Shown here piece by piece: positions 39,621 through 51,739 of a stretch of DNA of 64,000 bases. A model generated the notes under the pieces. That model was not told where the DNA came from. It worked only from the letters and a program-made list of their open reading frames with translations, and searched no databases. Source of the DNA: Eledone cirrhosa (lineage: Eukaryota); contig CAXHJY010000510.1 of the NCBI GenBank assembly GCA_964016885.1, forward strand, positions 15,154 through 79,153, given 5' to 3'. Each line of letters begins with the position of its first letter. Position 1 is the first letter of the stretch. Both the position numbers and the translations under genes were made by a program.

Positions 39621-40674
39621 ATACCCAAATAATTCATATCTTTTAATGCTATTCATATCCATATTATTGTTAGTTTCTGACATGGCTATTAGAAAGATCA
39701 TATGTAATGTAAGGAATTACATGCCTTTCCAATTTCCATAGAAATAATTGTTTCTACTTTTGGCACAAGGCCAGCAATTACCCAATGTATTACTGGTACT
39801 TTATTTTATCGACCCCGTAAAGATGAAAGGCAAAGTTAACCTCGACGGGATTTGAACTCAGATCGTAAAGAGACGTCACTATGCTGGAAAACATGGCGTC
39901 CGACCCTCTACCAATACTGCCAATCCACCGCCCTTTTTCCATAGAAATAATTGTTTCTACTTTAGGCACAAGGCCAGCAATTATTCCAGTGCATTACTGG
40001 TACTTTATTTTATCGACCCCGTAAGGATGAAAGGCAAAGTCAACCTCGGCGGGATTTGAACTCAGATCGTAAAGGGACGTAACTATGTGGAAAACATGGC
40101 GTCCGACTCTCCACCGATACTGCCAATTCACCGAATAATGATACTATATATTTCTGCTGTTGTATGGAATGAGGAAACTTAATTACCCGTTCATATAATT
40201 ATACTCACAAAGACTTATACTTAAAAGGAAAGTTTATCAATGTCAACTCATTATCTACAGTTATCCATGCATATCTAATTTCATCTCTCCTTCATTCTAT
40301 TTCTGTTGGCATAATATAACTGACATTAATTAAATATACATATATTACTTTTGGTCTTTGGAATGTGGCAATGCTGGAGCATAGTCTTCAAAAGTGTTCT
40401 TGTTTCATCAATACAGAAACAAACTAATATATTATTCTCAGCAAACTATGTTGTAACCCTTTAGTTACCATATATCAAATAAATGACAGTCGATGATTTT
40501 CGAATAATTTCGAAAATTCTCTACGGGGGAGGATCGATAAAATAAAGTACCAGTAATGTACTGGGTATTTGCTGGCATTGTGCCTAAAGTAGAAACAATT
40601 ATTTATCTGGAGATTGGAACATATTTTAATGAAGGTTTTAGCATAAAATTATAAGACAGTTTTCTATCATATAA

Positions 40675-40768
<94 letters not shown>

Positions 40769-40931
40769 AAGCATCAGCTGTGATAGGGCGAGCAATAAAA
40801 TTCTTATTTTATTTTTAGTTTTCGGCAAGCCCAGCCGTAACTCGTTTGATATGCAAATGAGGCTACTCAGCCGATGTGTAATTAAGAAAATACTTTATAT
40901 TTTCAACCGTTCAACAGATTGGCAAAAGTAT

Positions 40932-40974
40932 ACAGTCCTGATGAAGCGTAATGACCCAGAAACATGTTGATTGT
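40932..40974 (+). ncRNA. Minimal type I HHR in short element 40765-41290
   Basis: acagtc CTGATGA agcgtaatgaccca GAAAC at GTT gattgt. Confidence 0.75.
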
Positions 40975-41284
40975 TTCTCAAAGCCAGTGTTGAACAAACG
41001 GATGATGATTTGTCCTTGGCATGGCACAGCTTTAATCAGGCCATTTGTTTACAAATGAATTGAATATTATTATTTGGATTGGCAGTATTGGTGGAGGGTC
41101 GGACGCCATGCTTTCCAGCATAGTTACGTCCCTTTACGATCTGAGTTCAAATCCCACCGAGGTTGACTTTGCCTTTCATCCTTACGGGGTCGATAAAATA
41201 AAGTACCAGTAATGCACTGGGTAATTGCTGGCCTTGTGCCTAAAGTAGAAACAATTATTAATATTCGATATAACCCCTACGTAC

Positions 41285-41320
<36 letters not shown>

Positions 41321-41462
41321 ACGTATGTATACTTATATATATATACTAGCATTAAAGCCCGGCGTTGCTCGGGGTCATTAAGTTACCAAAGTTAGGTTGC
41401 ACCACCCATTTTATGGCAGCACTTTTTTGTCTGCCAGGCACTGGGTAAATGAATTGAATAAT

Positions 41463-41797
41463 GTTTTCTAAATTTAAGACAGTAGGGAGTGGTGTGATAT
41501 GGGGGAGAGTTAGCTGCTGTTTCTAGCAGGTTTAGTGACCTCATAGAAGATATGTTTTCTAAATTTAAGACAGTAGGGAGGGGTGTGATATGGGGGAGAG
41601 TTAGCTGCTGTTTCTAGCAGGTTTAGTAATCTCATAGAGGATATGCCTTTTCGAAATTTAAGACAGTAGGGAGTGGTGTGGGGAGTGGTGTGGGGAGGGG
41701 TGTGATATGGGGAAGAGTTAGCTGCTGTTTCTAGCAGGTTTAGTAACCTCATAGAGGATATGTGTTTTCTAAATTTAAGACAGTAGGGAGTGGTGTG
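41463..41797 (-). repeat. ~92-bp tandem repeat (3.5 units) of a SINE-tail-like sequence
   Basis: Unit contains acctgctagaaacagcagc, similar to single motifs at ~389, ~35108 and ~45965. Confidence 0.8.
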
Positions 41798-42341
41798 AAC
41801 GGACAGTATCACCATCAAGCTTGAAAAGAGAAAGTAGCAGAAAGTATGAAGTTGTATAGATTTTGAATGGTAGTAGAAAGAGTTCAGCAGTTTAAATGAC
41901 AGAGAAAAATGGTAAAATATTGAGTTTTATCTATTTTTTGCGTAATTGTGGGTGAAATTGAAAAATTATCTGCGTCAAGACGCAATCGAAACTATTTCAA
42001 ATACTGAATTGTAAATTTCAATTGAAGAAATTCTATATCGTAGATTTCTATAATGAAGGAGCATGACCACACACTGAGCTTTATAGATTATGATAAATTT
42101 AAGTGTTGTAGTTGCTTGAGGCATAGTTCAATAGGAACCATAAATTTAAATAATTTTAAAAACCATACAATGCATTAGAAAATTAAAGGTGCCAAGGTAA
42201 TGATAGAATCTTACCTTTGCAAATTTAATTGACCTAAATATTTTCGGCTTTTAAAACCCATTATCAAGGGAGAATCCCTGTGAAGGTCTTACAAGATTGG
42301 TCGGAGATGAGTTGTTAGGATGGCAGATTTATTTTAAATGT

Positions 42342-42468
42342 GGCATACGTCAAAACGGCCGTTCGCAAAAGTGAAACTAATTTTTGACAGTTACGTACAC
42401 GTTATAAGAGTTATTTAAATTTATATATATAAAATAAAGGAGCAAATAAGAGCATGATATGAAGTCAG

Positions 42469-42507
<39 letters not shown>

Positions 42508-42798
42508 CGAATGTAAAAGAATATATGTAGGGCATAGATAAGGTTTCCTAGAATTTTACACACACACACATATATACATACACACGTGTATATATTATAG
42601 TGTGTATGTGTGCATAAATAAGTGTATATGTGTGTGTACTTTTACATTCGTTTACACACACACACACATGGCTGACTTCATATCATGCTCTTATTTGCTC
42701 CTTTATTTTATATATATAAATTTAAATAACTCTTATAACGTGTACGTAACTGTCAAAAATTAGTTTCACTTTTGCGACCGGCCGTTTTGACGTATGCC
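42342..42798. mobile_element. Mutator-like MITE
   Basis: ~170-bp TIRs GGCATACGTC...GACGTATGCC; 9-bp TSD tttaaatgt on both sides. Confidence 0.9.
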
Positions 42799-43659
42799 TT
42801 TAAATGTAATGAAAAGATGTTAAAATTTTGAGGGTGTGTGTTGTGAAATATGTGTGAGAATAAGTGTCTGATATATGTATGTGTGTGCGTGAATGTAAGT
42901 TTTGCTTAGTGGGAGATGTATGTATGTGTGTATGATGTATGTATGTGTGTATGATGTATGTATGTGTGTATGATGTATGTATGTGTGTATGATGTATGTA
43001 TGTGTGTGAGTGTAAGTTTATGTAGCAAAATGCGTGGTGTGCAAATATGTATATGATATAAGGGGAAAATATGTGTGTGTATGATATATGTATGTGTCAA
43101 TGACGTAGATTTAATTTGAGTGATGTATGTGTAACGAAGGATATTAAAAGTGGTTGTTAGATGAAATAACAAAAATAGTTGATTTACTTTATATATAAAA
43201 AGGTTTACTTCACTTCACTCAAAAAAAAACAATAAACAAGTTACCACCAGTCGCGAAGGTTGATGATGTCATTTTGTAAGTCTGGGACCAGGAGAGAGAG
43301 AGAGATTAATGGTCTGTGGTTGTCTGTAGACCTTAGCGGCCTGAAGGGTGGCGGTGAATCTTTACATAGCTTGTCTATAGCGTAATGCTCCGATCTCTCT
43401 GTATGTTATACGTGGGATGATACAGGCTTTATATGCCTGTCGCTTTCCGTCTCTCGCCCCGAGAGATCGCTCACGCTTGAACATGACAGATTTCGCTACG
43501 TATGTGTGCGCGTGAGTGTAAGTTTATGTAGTGAAAGGTGTGTGCGAATATGTCTATGATAAAAAGGGAAACATATGTGTGTGATATATGTATGTGTGTG
43601 TATGAGTCTAAGTGTGTATGTTTAGTTAGGACATAGATTTAATTTAAAAGAAAGAATGA

Positions 43660-44675
43660 CATGTTCCTTAGAACGGGCAACTGCGATGTTGGAGTGATGG
43701 TGTAATTGTGTTGGATAAGTTAAATCAGTCATTAGGTGTTACTTCTTTCCATTCGATTATTGATCCTAGGTTTTTGAATTGCTTGATCAAGAGGGCTTCC
43801 TTAAATCTCAGTGTGCCTATACTGCGTTCTGTAGCTAAGACTGTGGTGGCAATATTGTTGTCCCGGTTTCTGCATTTGATGATGTGTTTGCAGAAGGAAG
43901 AGAAGTTGGTGTTAACATGTTCTTTAATACGGAGGTGTAACGGTTAAATAGGGCTGCTTATATAGAATAGATTGCACTTGTTACATGCTAGCCTGTATAC
44001 AACGTAGGTAGGTAGGCAACAATTAGTTAGTGTTGCGTATAGGGCAATTGGCCATGGTGCGTCCGCTATCCTCGTTGGGAAGGGGGGTGCCTTGTAGAGA
44101 GACATCTACGCCGGGAAGGTCCAGAGTGAGCTAGTTTGATATTGAGGTCCTCTCTTCTGGTGGCTTTGCATATGGCATTGGTTTCCTCGCTGAGATGTGG
44201 GATCTTGAAGAAGCAACTGTTTTTGTGTTGGTCCGGTCTCTGGGTCTGGGGTTTCGTCATGGGGTGGAGAAGGAAGCTGGGTAGCCGTTAATCTCTAGCG
44301 CCCTGTAGAATTGTCTGATATGGGTGGCTCTATTAGCAGCGTCGCTGCATTGGTTGGCTATGTGAGCCATTTCGTTGAAGATGTACCCTCTTTTAACTTG
44401 TCAGGGAGGGCAGATTTGTAATACACAAACAGGTCCCTGCTGAAATCAAGGAGAACGAGGGACCCAGAGTCAGTGGGATGTTCGATGCTGAGCTTGATGT
44501 TATTGTCAGCATTGTTGAAAGATTCGAAAATCTTGTTGGCATTCTCCTTGGTGGATGTGGGGGCGAGTATATCCTCCACATATCTAGTGAAGAAAGCGCA
44601 GGTGTCGCAGGAGCTGAGTACTCAGCGTTCTAGTTTGTTCATATATGAAATGGCCAGTAAACCCGAGAGGCCCGT
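43660..44675 (-). mobile_element. Penelope-like element remnant (RT and GIY-YIG)
   Basis: PSGLLAISYMNKLE, YVEDIL, FNNADNNIKLSIE, VVYRLACNKCNLFYI, LHLRIKEH, EALLIKQ. Confidence 0.8.
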
Positions 44676-45534
44676 ATGTGTGTATGTATATATGTATATA
44701 TGTATATATCAGGCCACCAGTTGGTGCTACTGGTAACATGTATCCCAGTACAACCTGTCTCATGGTCGGGTCGTTGGCGACTAAACTGGCAACCCCACCA
44801 AGGTTTCTTGGTGAGGAGGGTGACTTTGGACATCCTGCAGGACTAAAAACAAAACCTGGCAAAGGGCAAAGGAGCTCTTAAGAGTCAATGGCCATCCAAA
44901 ATCACCGGGAGAGATGACCCCTTAGCCTTTGTCAAGGCAGAATTCTAGGAGAAGGAAAACTCTGATATAACACCTTCAACCCTGATGGTATCCAATGATA
45001 TTGACTTGTTCTTCTTTTTGGTAAATATCCTCTTGGTTAAGAGAGTGGGACTGGCTTTGTGCAGTGCCTTTGCTCACTATAAAAGCTTCACGGCACAGGC
45101 ATTGCTTTATATCTGGAGATCTCTCTGCACTTGTCGTCACATGGTACCATGGGCCCAGCACTATGTATGAATAATTGTCACAGGTGTAGTGTTTATTCCA
45201 GAGTTTTCAAGTCGCTGGCTGGACTAAAAAGTCACACTCGTTCAGTGCATTGGTAGGGGTTCTCCTACATGGATATAAAGTAGTGGCCGTACTCGAAAAC
45301 GAGTTGGCAGCCACCATATATATATATATGTATGTATACATATACAATTAAATATATATATAAGATTGCTAGGCTAAGGTGTGACACTGTGGAGGAGCTC
45401 GCACTGCTTAAAAAATTCTCCTCACGGCAACCAAGTCCAACTCCTGGCCTTTTTGTGTGGCTTAACATGCAATCCCGGTAGGACTGTCACTACTGACATG
45501 AGAAAGGGTGTAGGTGGGTTCTGGTACCTTCAAA

Positions 45535-45801
45535 CCGGGTTTCATTTCCAGAATACCTCTGAAGACAACTGATATACTATTTGAATTTCAAAGACTTCAA
45601 TTTCCTATCAGACTCAGTTTTTCCACAACCATCAATAAATCTCAAGGGCAATCATTGAAAGGTGTTGGATTGAACTTGGCAGATCCTGTTTTTTTCACAT
45701 GGTCAACTCTATGTTGGTACAAGGGTTGGAAACCCTGTCTCTTCGTTGTAGCACCACAGGACAAAACCAAGAATGTTGTTTATCCAGAGGCTTTAGAATG
45801 A
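45535..45801 (+). mobile_element. Helitron PIF1 helicase C-terminal fragment
   Basis: RLQFPIRLSFSTTINKSQGQSLKGVGL...TKNVVYPEAL. Confidence 0.8.
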
Positions 45802-46043
45802 GCAATATCGTAATTCCTCATTCAATGACAATAGATATTATTTCCTTAGTCATATAGTTTGTAAGGAATTCTGAAGTTTACTGCATAGTGTTACTTCGGA
45901 AGAATATACAGACATTCCTGGGTATCTCTGCTGTATAAAGTAGTATAAGTGAGATCTTTGTGTGGTAGAAATAGCAGCCAAATTTCGTTCAAATCTCATT
46001 CTACTGTTTCATGTATGTATATATGTACGCACGCGCGCGCGCG

Positions 46044-46110
<67 letters not shown>

Positions 46111-46178
46111 ACGCACACGCACACGCACACGCACACGCACACGCACACGCACACACACACACACACACACGCGCGCAA

Positions 46179-46252
<74 letters not shown>

Positions 46253-46351
46253 GATAACAAAATATCGTTACAGGTAATCCAATTAGAGGTTGTGAATACT
46301 TATTATAATGGATACTTTTAGCGTACGGCATTGCTTGACTCAACAAAAGGT

Positions 46352-49330
46352 TTACGTAGATGACAAGTTTGACGATGGACTCAGTTGACAGTCGGATCCA
46401 TCCTACACGTGACAGCTGGTATTCAACATAAACACACAAGTCAGCAATACTCAGACATTTGACAAGTGCATGCAGGACAGTTTCATCGTCCTGCGTGCAT
46501 CTCGGACATGGCTGTAGAGCTTATTTTGGACCGGCAACACTCCCCGGTAGCACTGCCAGGCCAGGGATTTCAGTAAGTTACCAAAAGGCCTTGAACCGAA
46601 AGTTTTGCAGAAGTTAATTTGCAGCTAGTTGAATTTCTTCGATGCCCAGAGTTTCCCTTAGAACATCATCGTTTTACCCATCACTAACCCTCTATAGAGC
46701 ACCATGGTGAAGTTTCCACCGATCATAGTGCCGAATTGACTGAGGGCTCTGAGTGCCTGAAGACATTCTAGCCTCCAAGCAACTCAGTCAAAGAGACGAG
46801 ATGCAGAAAGGCCTGTCTCACAAACATTGACCACACCTATTCACTATTTAAGAATATCTAAAGATGCCGAAGCCTCAGAGCATGTTTGCACATCGTCAGC
46901 CATGGGATGCCCAGACCTCTTGCGTCAAGGGTGTTGACAGCAAATGGACCTCCTCACTAATGGCATTTGTTCCTTTCACAAGAAGTTGAAGAGGAGCCGT
47001 TCCAATTTGGCGAGATGTGAATGGGTACAAGGGATGATGATTAGGGAGTGGTAGATGACGGACACGATGTACGCGTTTGCCACCTCCACACGACCTTTCC
47101 GGTATTGCTTCCTTGCGGCTCATTTCAGGGTGAGATTAGCCATCCTGCTCATTACCTTGTTCCAGTTATTATTCACCAGGAGATCTGGTCCGAAGCAGAC
47201 CCTAAGCAAATTCACCTGTCCATTCGTCAAGCGTCAAACAATGTTATTGAACGGCATGGACTTGCCTCTCCAGGTGCTGAGCTGCAAATCCACTGACTTT
47301 TCCAGGTTCAGTTTCATCGACCGCATATGCCAACACAGCCTTTCGATGACCCAGTTCGAGCCGGATGCCCTGCAACAGATCCAGCTTCTGTAGTAAAGGC
47401 TCGAGTGTCAATAGGTACAGAAGGGGGGAGAGAGGGCACCCTTGACAGACCGATTAGAAGATCTGAAACGGTTCCGAAAAGTGGCCATTAACTTTGACCA
47501 CCGAGCAGATGCTGCTGTGCATTACAGTGATCCAGCCTCTGAAGACAGGGCCCAAGCCAGCTAGCTGCCTTGAGGACAGCCTCCAGGTACTGATGGTTGA
47601 CCTTATCAAAAGCTTTCGATTGATCTAAATTGATCAGAGCCCCACAGAAGCCAGGTGTACACTCTATCTTCTCTATGATATATAGCAAGAGGTGGAAGTT
47701 GTTGTATATGGAGCTGGTCGGGATTGTGCAAGTTTGTGTCTCCCCTACCAAACCCTCGACAACAAGTGCTAACCTCTTCCCTAACACTTTGGCCAAAATC
47801 TGAAATTCTGTGTTGAGCAGAGTTATGGGTCTGAAGTTTTCTAAAGTATTCCTCTTGTTTCTCGTCTTTCCTCAGCATCGTTACTTACCTCGGTTCACAG
47901 AACTGAAAAAACTCCCATTCTGGGAGTTTTTGTTACCACACTGTGCCTCCGCCACATGGGCCCATCGAATAGCTTTGGTTCCCTCATTTGTTAGAGCACT
48001 CACCTTAGCTCTGATTAGGCAACCTTCATGTTTTGCATCTCAGTTACAATGCCTCTAGCACGTCAGTTACAATGCCACTTCTAATAGCATCGTCTAATTT
48101 ACCTACCAGTTCTCCCTCCTTTATATTTTTCCTAGCGCTATTTCTTTGCTAAACTACTTCAATCTCTGTGTTGAGATCACCTCACAACCTGTTGTTGACG
48201 ACCCACCCTGTCAACTTATATTTAATGACCCTGTACCTATAAATCCTACGTGCAGTGAATGAAGGTGTTGAGCTTCCAGTAACCAGGTCCTAGCCTATAT
48301 TTTTTTTTTTTTTTGCCTTCTTTGGTTGTCCCTCATCTTCACCACTAGAAGACGAGGTCTCCGTGTTACTTTCAGATGTCTGTATTTGTGTGTTTGTCTG
48401 GGTGTTAATGTGTGTATTTGTTTCGGGAGCAAAGAGCTTTCTTCATCTTCCTCTTGGGTTGATTCTGTCTTGGTTGTAGTTGTCATCCACAGTTTAACTG
48501 TTGCTGCTGCCGATGTGGGCGTCGTTGGTTGTGCCCTTTTCTGTCCTGAATTTAGTGTTGGCACCAATGTAAGTTTGCAAGCCATTGCATTTTTTAGCTG
48601 AAGACAGAAGGCTCGCAGATGCGTTGCTTCGCCGCAGACGAAGCAGTGTGACCTTATGCCCACAGTGATCAGTGGTATAGCAGACACCACCCTGCAGGTG
48701 AACATGATGTTCTTGAGTTGATCCGGCTTGATTTGGAGAAGAATCTCCAAATCCACCAGGTCTTCTCTTGATATTTTTGTGACACCTATCAGAGTGGAGG
48801 CACGTGGCCTAGTGGTAAGGGTGTTGGACTTACGATCATAATGTTGTGGGCTCGATTCCTGGGTTGCGTGTTGTGTTCTTGAGCAAAACACTTCATTTCA
48901 CGTTGCTCCAGTATACTCAGCTGAAAATGAGTACCAACAATAGCTGGAGGTTTAACCCCGAGATGAACTGGCGTCCTGTCCAGGGGGAAGTCTTGTATTC
49001 TCAGTCGCTTCACGCCATGAAACCGGGATAAGCACCGGCCAAATGAGCCTTCTGGCTTAAGACAGACTTTTTATCAGAGAACCCTCGGTACCCTCCTCAA
49101 TCACACATCCCAGGGGCCACAATAAATCCAGTCTTTACAACTATTTTGCCAATGTGGGACGGGTACATTATAATACGATTCGTTCTACGGGGGACCACTG
49201 AGTATTTAATAGCAAGAACTTCGGATTTAAATAACACCGAGATAGAGTGCTGAATTGTCTGCCCCTTGCTATATACTCAATGTCTTCTCTGATGCATTTC
49301 AGTGCAGCCTCCACTTCAGATTGTGGGGTC
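46352..49330 (-). mobile_element. Second, strongly decayed and deleted Tx1-like LINE related to 5365-10978
   Basis: IRLSTESIV, AKVLGKRLALVV, GALINLDQSKAFDKVNHQYL; ORF1 knuckle CFVCGEATHLRAFC. Confidence 0.88.
48795..49071 (+). mobile_element. tRNA-derived SINE family B with a CORE-like centre; other copies at ~34105-34370 and ~35733-35850
   Basis: tggcctagtgg box A, ggctcgattcc box B, ttgagcaaaacact..tttcacgttgctcc; 8-bp TSD tatcagag; inserted in Tx1 ORF1. Confidence 0.88.
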
Positions 49331-49466
49331 AATTCCGCTTTGCAATGAAATTCGTCTAAAATGTATCGTTCTCGTAGAGATCGTTGCCTCTACGTCACTT
49401 GTGTTGACATTAAGGCAGCATTTGACACGGTCGACCTCGCATCCCTCTAGAAAATTGTCGTAATGG

Positions 49467-49828
49467 TGTGACACACCTGTTTTGTATATCTATACGAAAC
49501 GAGGGTAAAACCCAAGGTATTTACCAGGTGTAATTCTAAACTACCAACAAGAGGCTACAACAATACTCTGTACTCACAGTCTTCTTGACAGTTTACTTCA
49601 GTTATTTATAGAGTTTCATCTAGTCCACTTTTAGTTAGCCGGGGGTGTTCAGGCTGTTTTCCCCACTATATCGCCCCTTTTGAGATTCCTCTTCCTCGGG
49701 AGTGTGGATATATTTCAGTTTTCACCCCACTTCTCCCTTTTTGAGAACTAAACTGTCCAGAGCTTAATGTTTTTTTTATATTTTGGATTCACTTCTAATA
49801 ATTCCAGGTTTCCTTTTCCTCGTACGTG

Positions 49829-49860
<32 letters not shown>

Positions 49861-49923
49861 GTTTAACGTCTACCTTCCACGCCAGCATGGGTAGGTTCAA
49901 CAATTTCTTTGGGGGTTGTCACA
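49467..49923. mobile_element. Possible LTR
   Basis: TGTGACA...TGTCACA termini next to the Gypsy integrase remnant; no TSD or PPT seen. Confidence 0.35.
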
Positions 49924-49959
49924 TCGAAAATATAACACTTTCATTGTTTCTTCATTTCT

Positions 49960-50908
49960 CGTGACCCTTTCTTCACCAAACCTTTTTTACCTGGTTTATA
50001 TGTCTCTTATGTTCCTATTTGTGACCTTTTACCCTATATAATATTTTTCAAATGTGTTTACTTATCACGCCATCTTCCCACATATCATTTTTATACATTC
50101 TAAAAAACACTTTGTCGCCAATTTTGAAAAATTTTGTATCAATTTTGTTATCCAATGTTTTTCTTTTTTGACCCGGTTACAATTTGTCAAACACTGACTT
50201 AATTTTCCTCATGAACATCAATTCCGCAGGTGCCATGCCTCCAGGGGTATTAGGATTAGGGGTTACCCAGTATACCCGTAAGAATTGTTGAAGTGCTAAA
50301 TCATCTATTTCATTGTTGGCTTTTTTAAAAGCCTTCTTAAATGTATCCACAAACTGTTCCGCTTGTCCATTTGACCTTGGATGACATGGCGGAGTGTTAA
50401 CATGTTCAATAGAGAACATTTTACAAAATATTTTAAATTTATTCGCAGTGAATTGTGTCCCATTATCAGAAACTATGGTACCAGGAATACCATATTTTGC
50501 AAACAATGTGGTGTAAAAAACTTACTGAAACTGAGGAGGTTGGTTTTTTTACAATTACAAATTTCAGGCCACTTAGTAAAGCTATCTACCACTACAAGAT
50601 GTGATCCGTTTAGTGGACCTGCAGCATCTATATGTAGTCTGGACCATGGAATATCTGTCTTTGGACAAGGTTGAAATTTTGTGGTAGGCGATTTTGCAGT
50701 CTGAGCACAACCTCTGCAGGATTTTACCAACTTTTCAATCTCTTGGTCCATTTTGGGCCAGTATACATAACTTCTAAGAAGAGATTTCATTCTTGAAATT
50801 CCCGGAAGACCAATGTGAAATTCTTTTCATATTCACTTTTGTAGTGTGACCGGCATTACTACTCTTTGTGCATACATCAGTACATTGCCACACATTGAGT
50901 ACGAGTTC
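49960..50908 (-). mobile_element. Gypsy LTR retrotransposon integrase remnant
   Basis: MKSLLRSYVYWPKMD..CRGC, PWSRLHID.AGP, VVVDSFTKWPE, IVSDNGTQF, HPRSNGQAE. Confidence 0.9.
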
Positions 50909-50910
50909 GA

Positions 50911-51031
<121 letters not shown>

Positions 51032-51464
51032 CATTTTTTTTTATATGTAGGAATTTTTTTATATAAATATTTTATTTGCTTTTTATATCTGAAATATTTT
51101 TTTTTAGATTTTGAGGATTTTTATATGTATGTACATCATCATCATCATCATCATGTGTATGTGTGTGAGAATGTGTGTAGGTGGGTATATGTATGTATAT
51201 TCGTATGTATCTATATATGTATATATATATATATATATGTGGGTATATTTATGTGTCTGTGCATGCATGGTTTTTTTTTTTTTCAATATAAATATCTGTG
51301 TGTGTTCTTTTATGTATGTGTGTGTGTATATATATTTATGTGTGTGTGTGTATATATAGGTGCAAGATAATTGCGTCTATAGGCAGTATGCCGGATGAGC
51401 AGATTATAATAGTATAAGAATAAAGGAACAAAGATTCAGTGTTACATCATAACATATTTAATAA

Positions 51465-51543
51465 CATATTACATATGTTTCGCTATCAATCAGCTCGAGG
51501 AACGACCTATTATTGATCTGGAAACGAAAGATCCCCAGATATG
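51465..51543 (-). ncRNA. Degenerate type I HHR
   Basis: Minus strand: catat CTGGGGA ... GAAAC atat GTA atatg. Confidence 0.5.
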
Positions 51544-51581
51544 CCTCAGTATTCTGTGGTCCTTTATTCTTATAATATATA

Positions 51582-51673
<92 letters not shown>

Positions 51674-51739
51674 ATCATCACTATCATCATCATAATATAT
51701 ATATATATTATGATGATGATAGTGATGATGATATATATC

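Larger units (their letters stand above)
41346..43657 (-). mobile_element. Non-autonomous Helitron with nested repeats
   Basis: Minus-strand 3' end cccgagcaacgccggg ctttaatg CTAG|T; putative 5' end TCTTTCTTTTAAATT near 43657. Confidence 0.65.

Noticed and set aside
48795-48870. tRNA gene
   Set aside because: tRNA-like head continues into a SINE body with a TSD; no complete cloverleaf.
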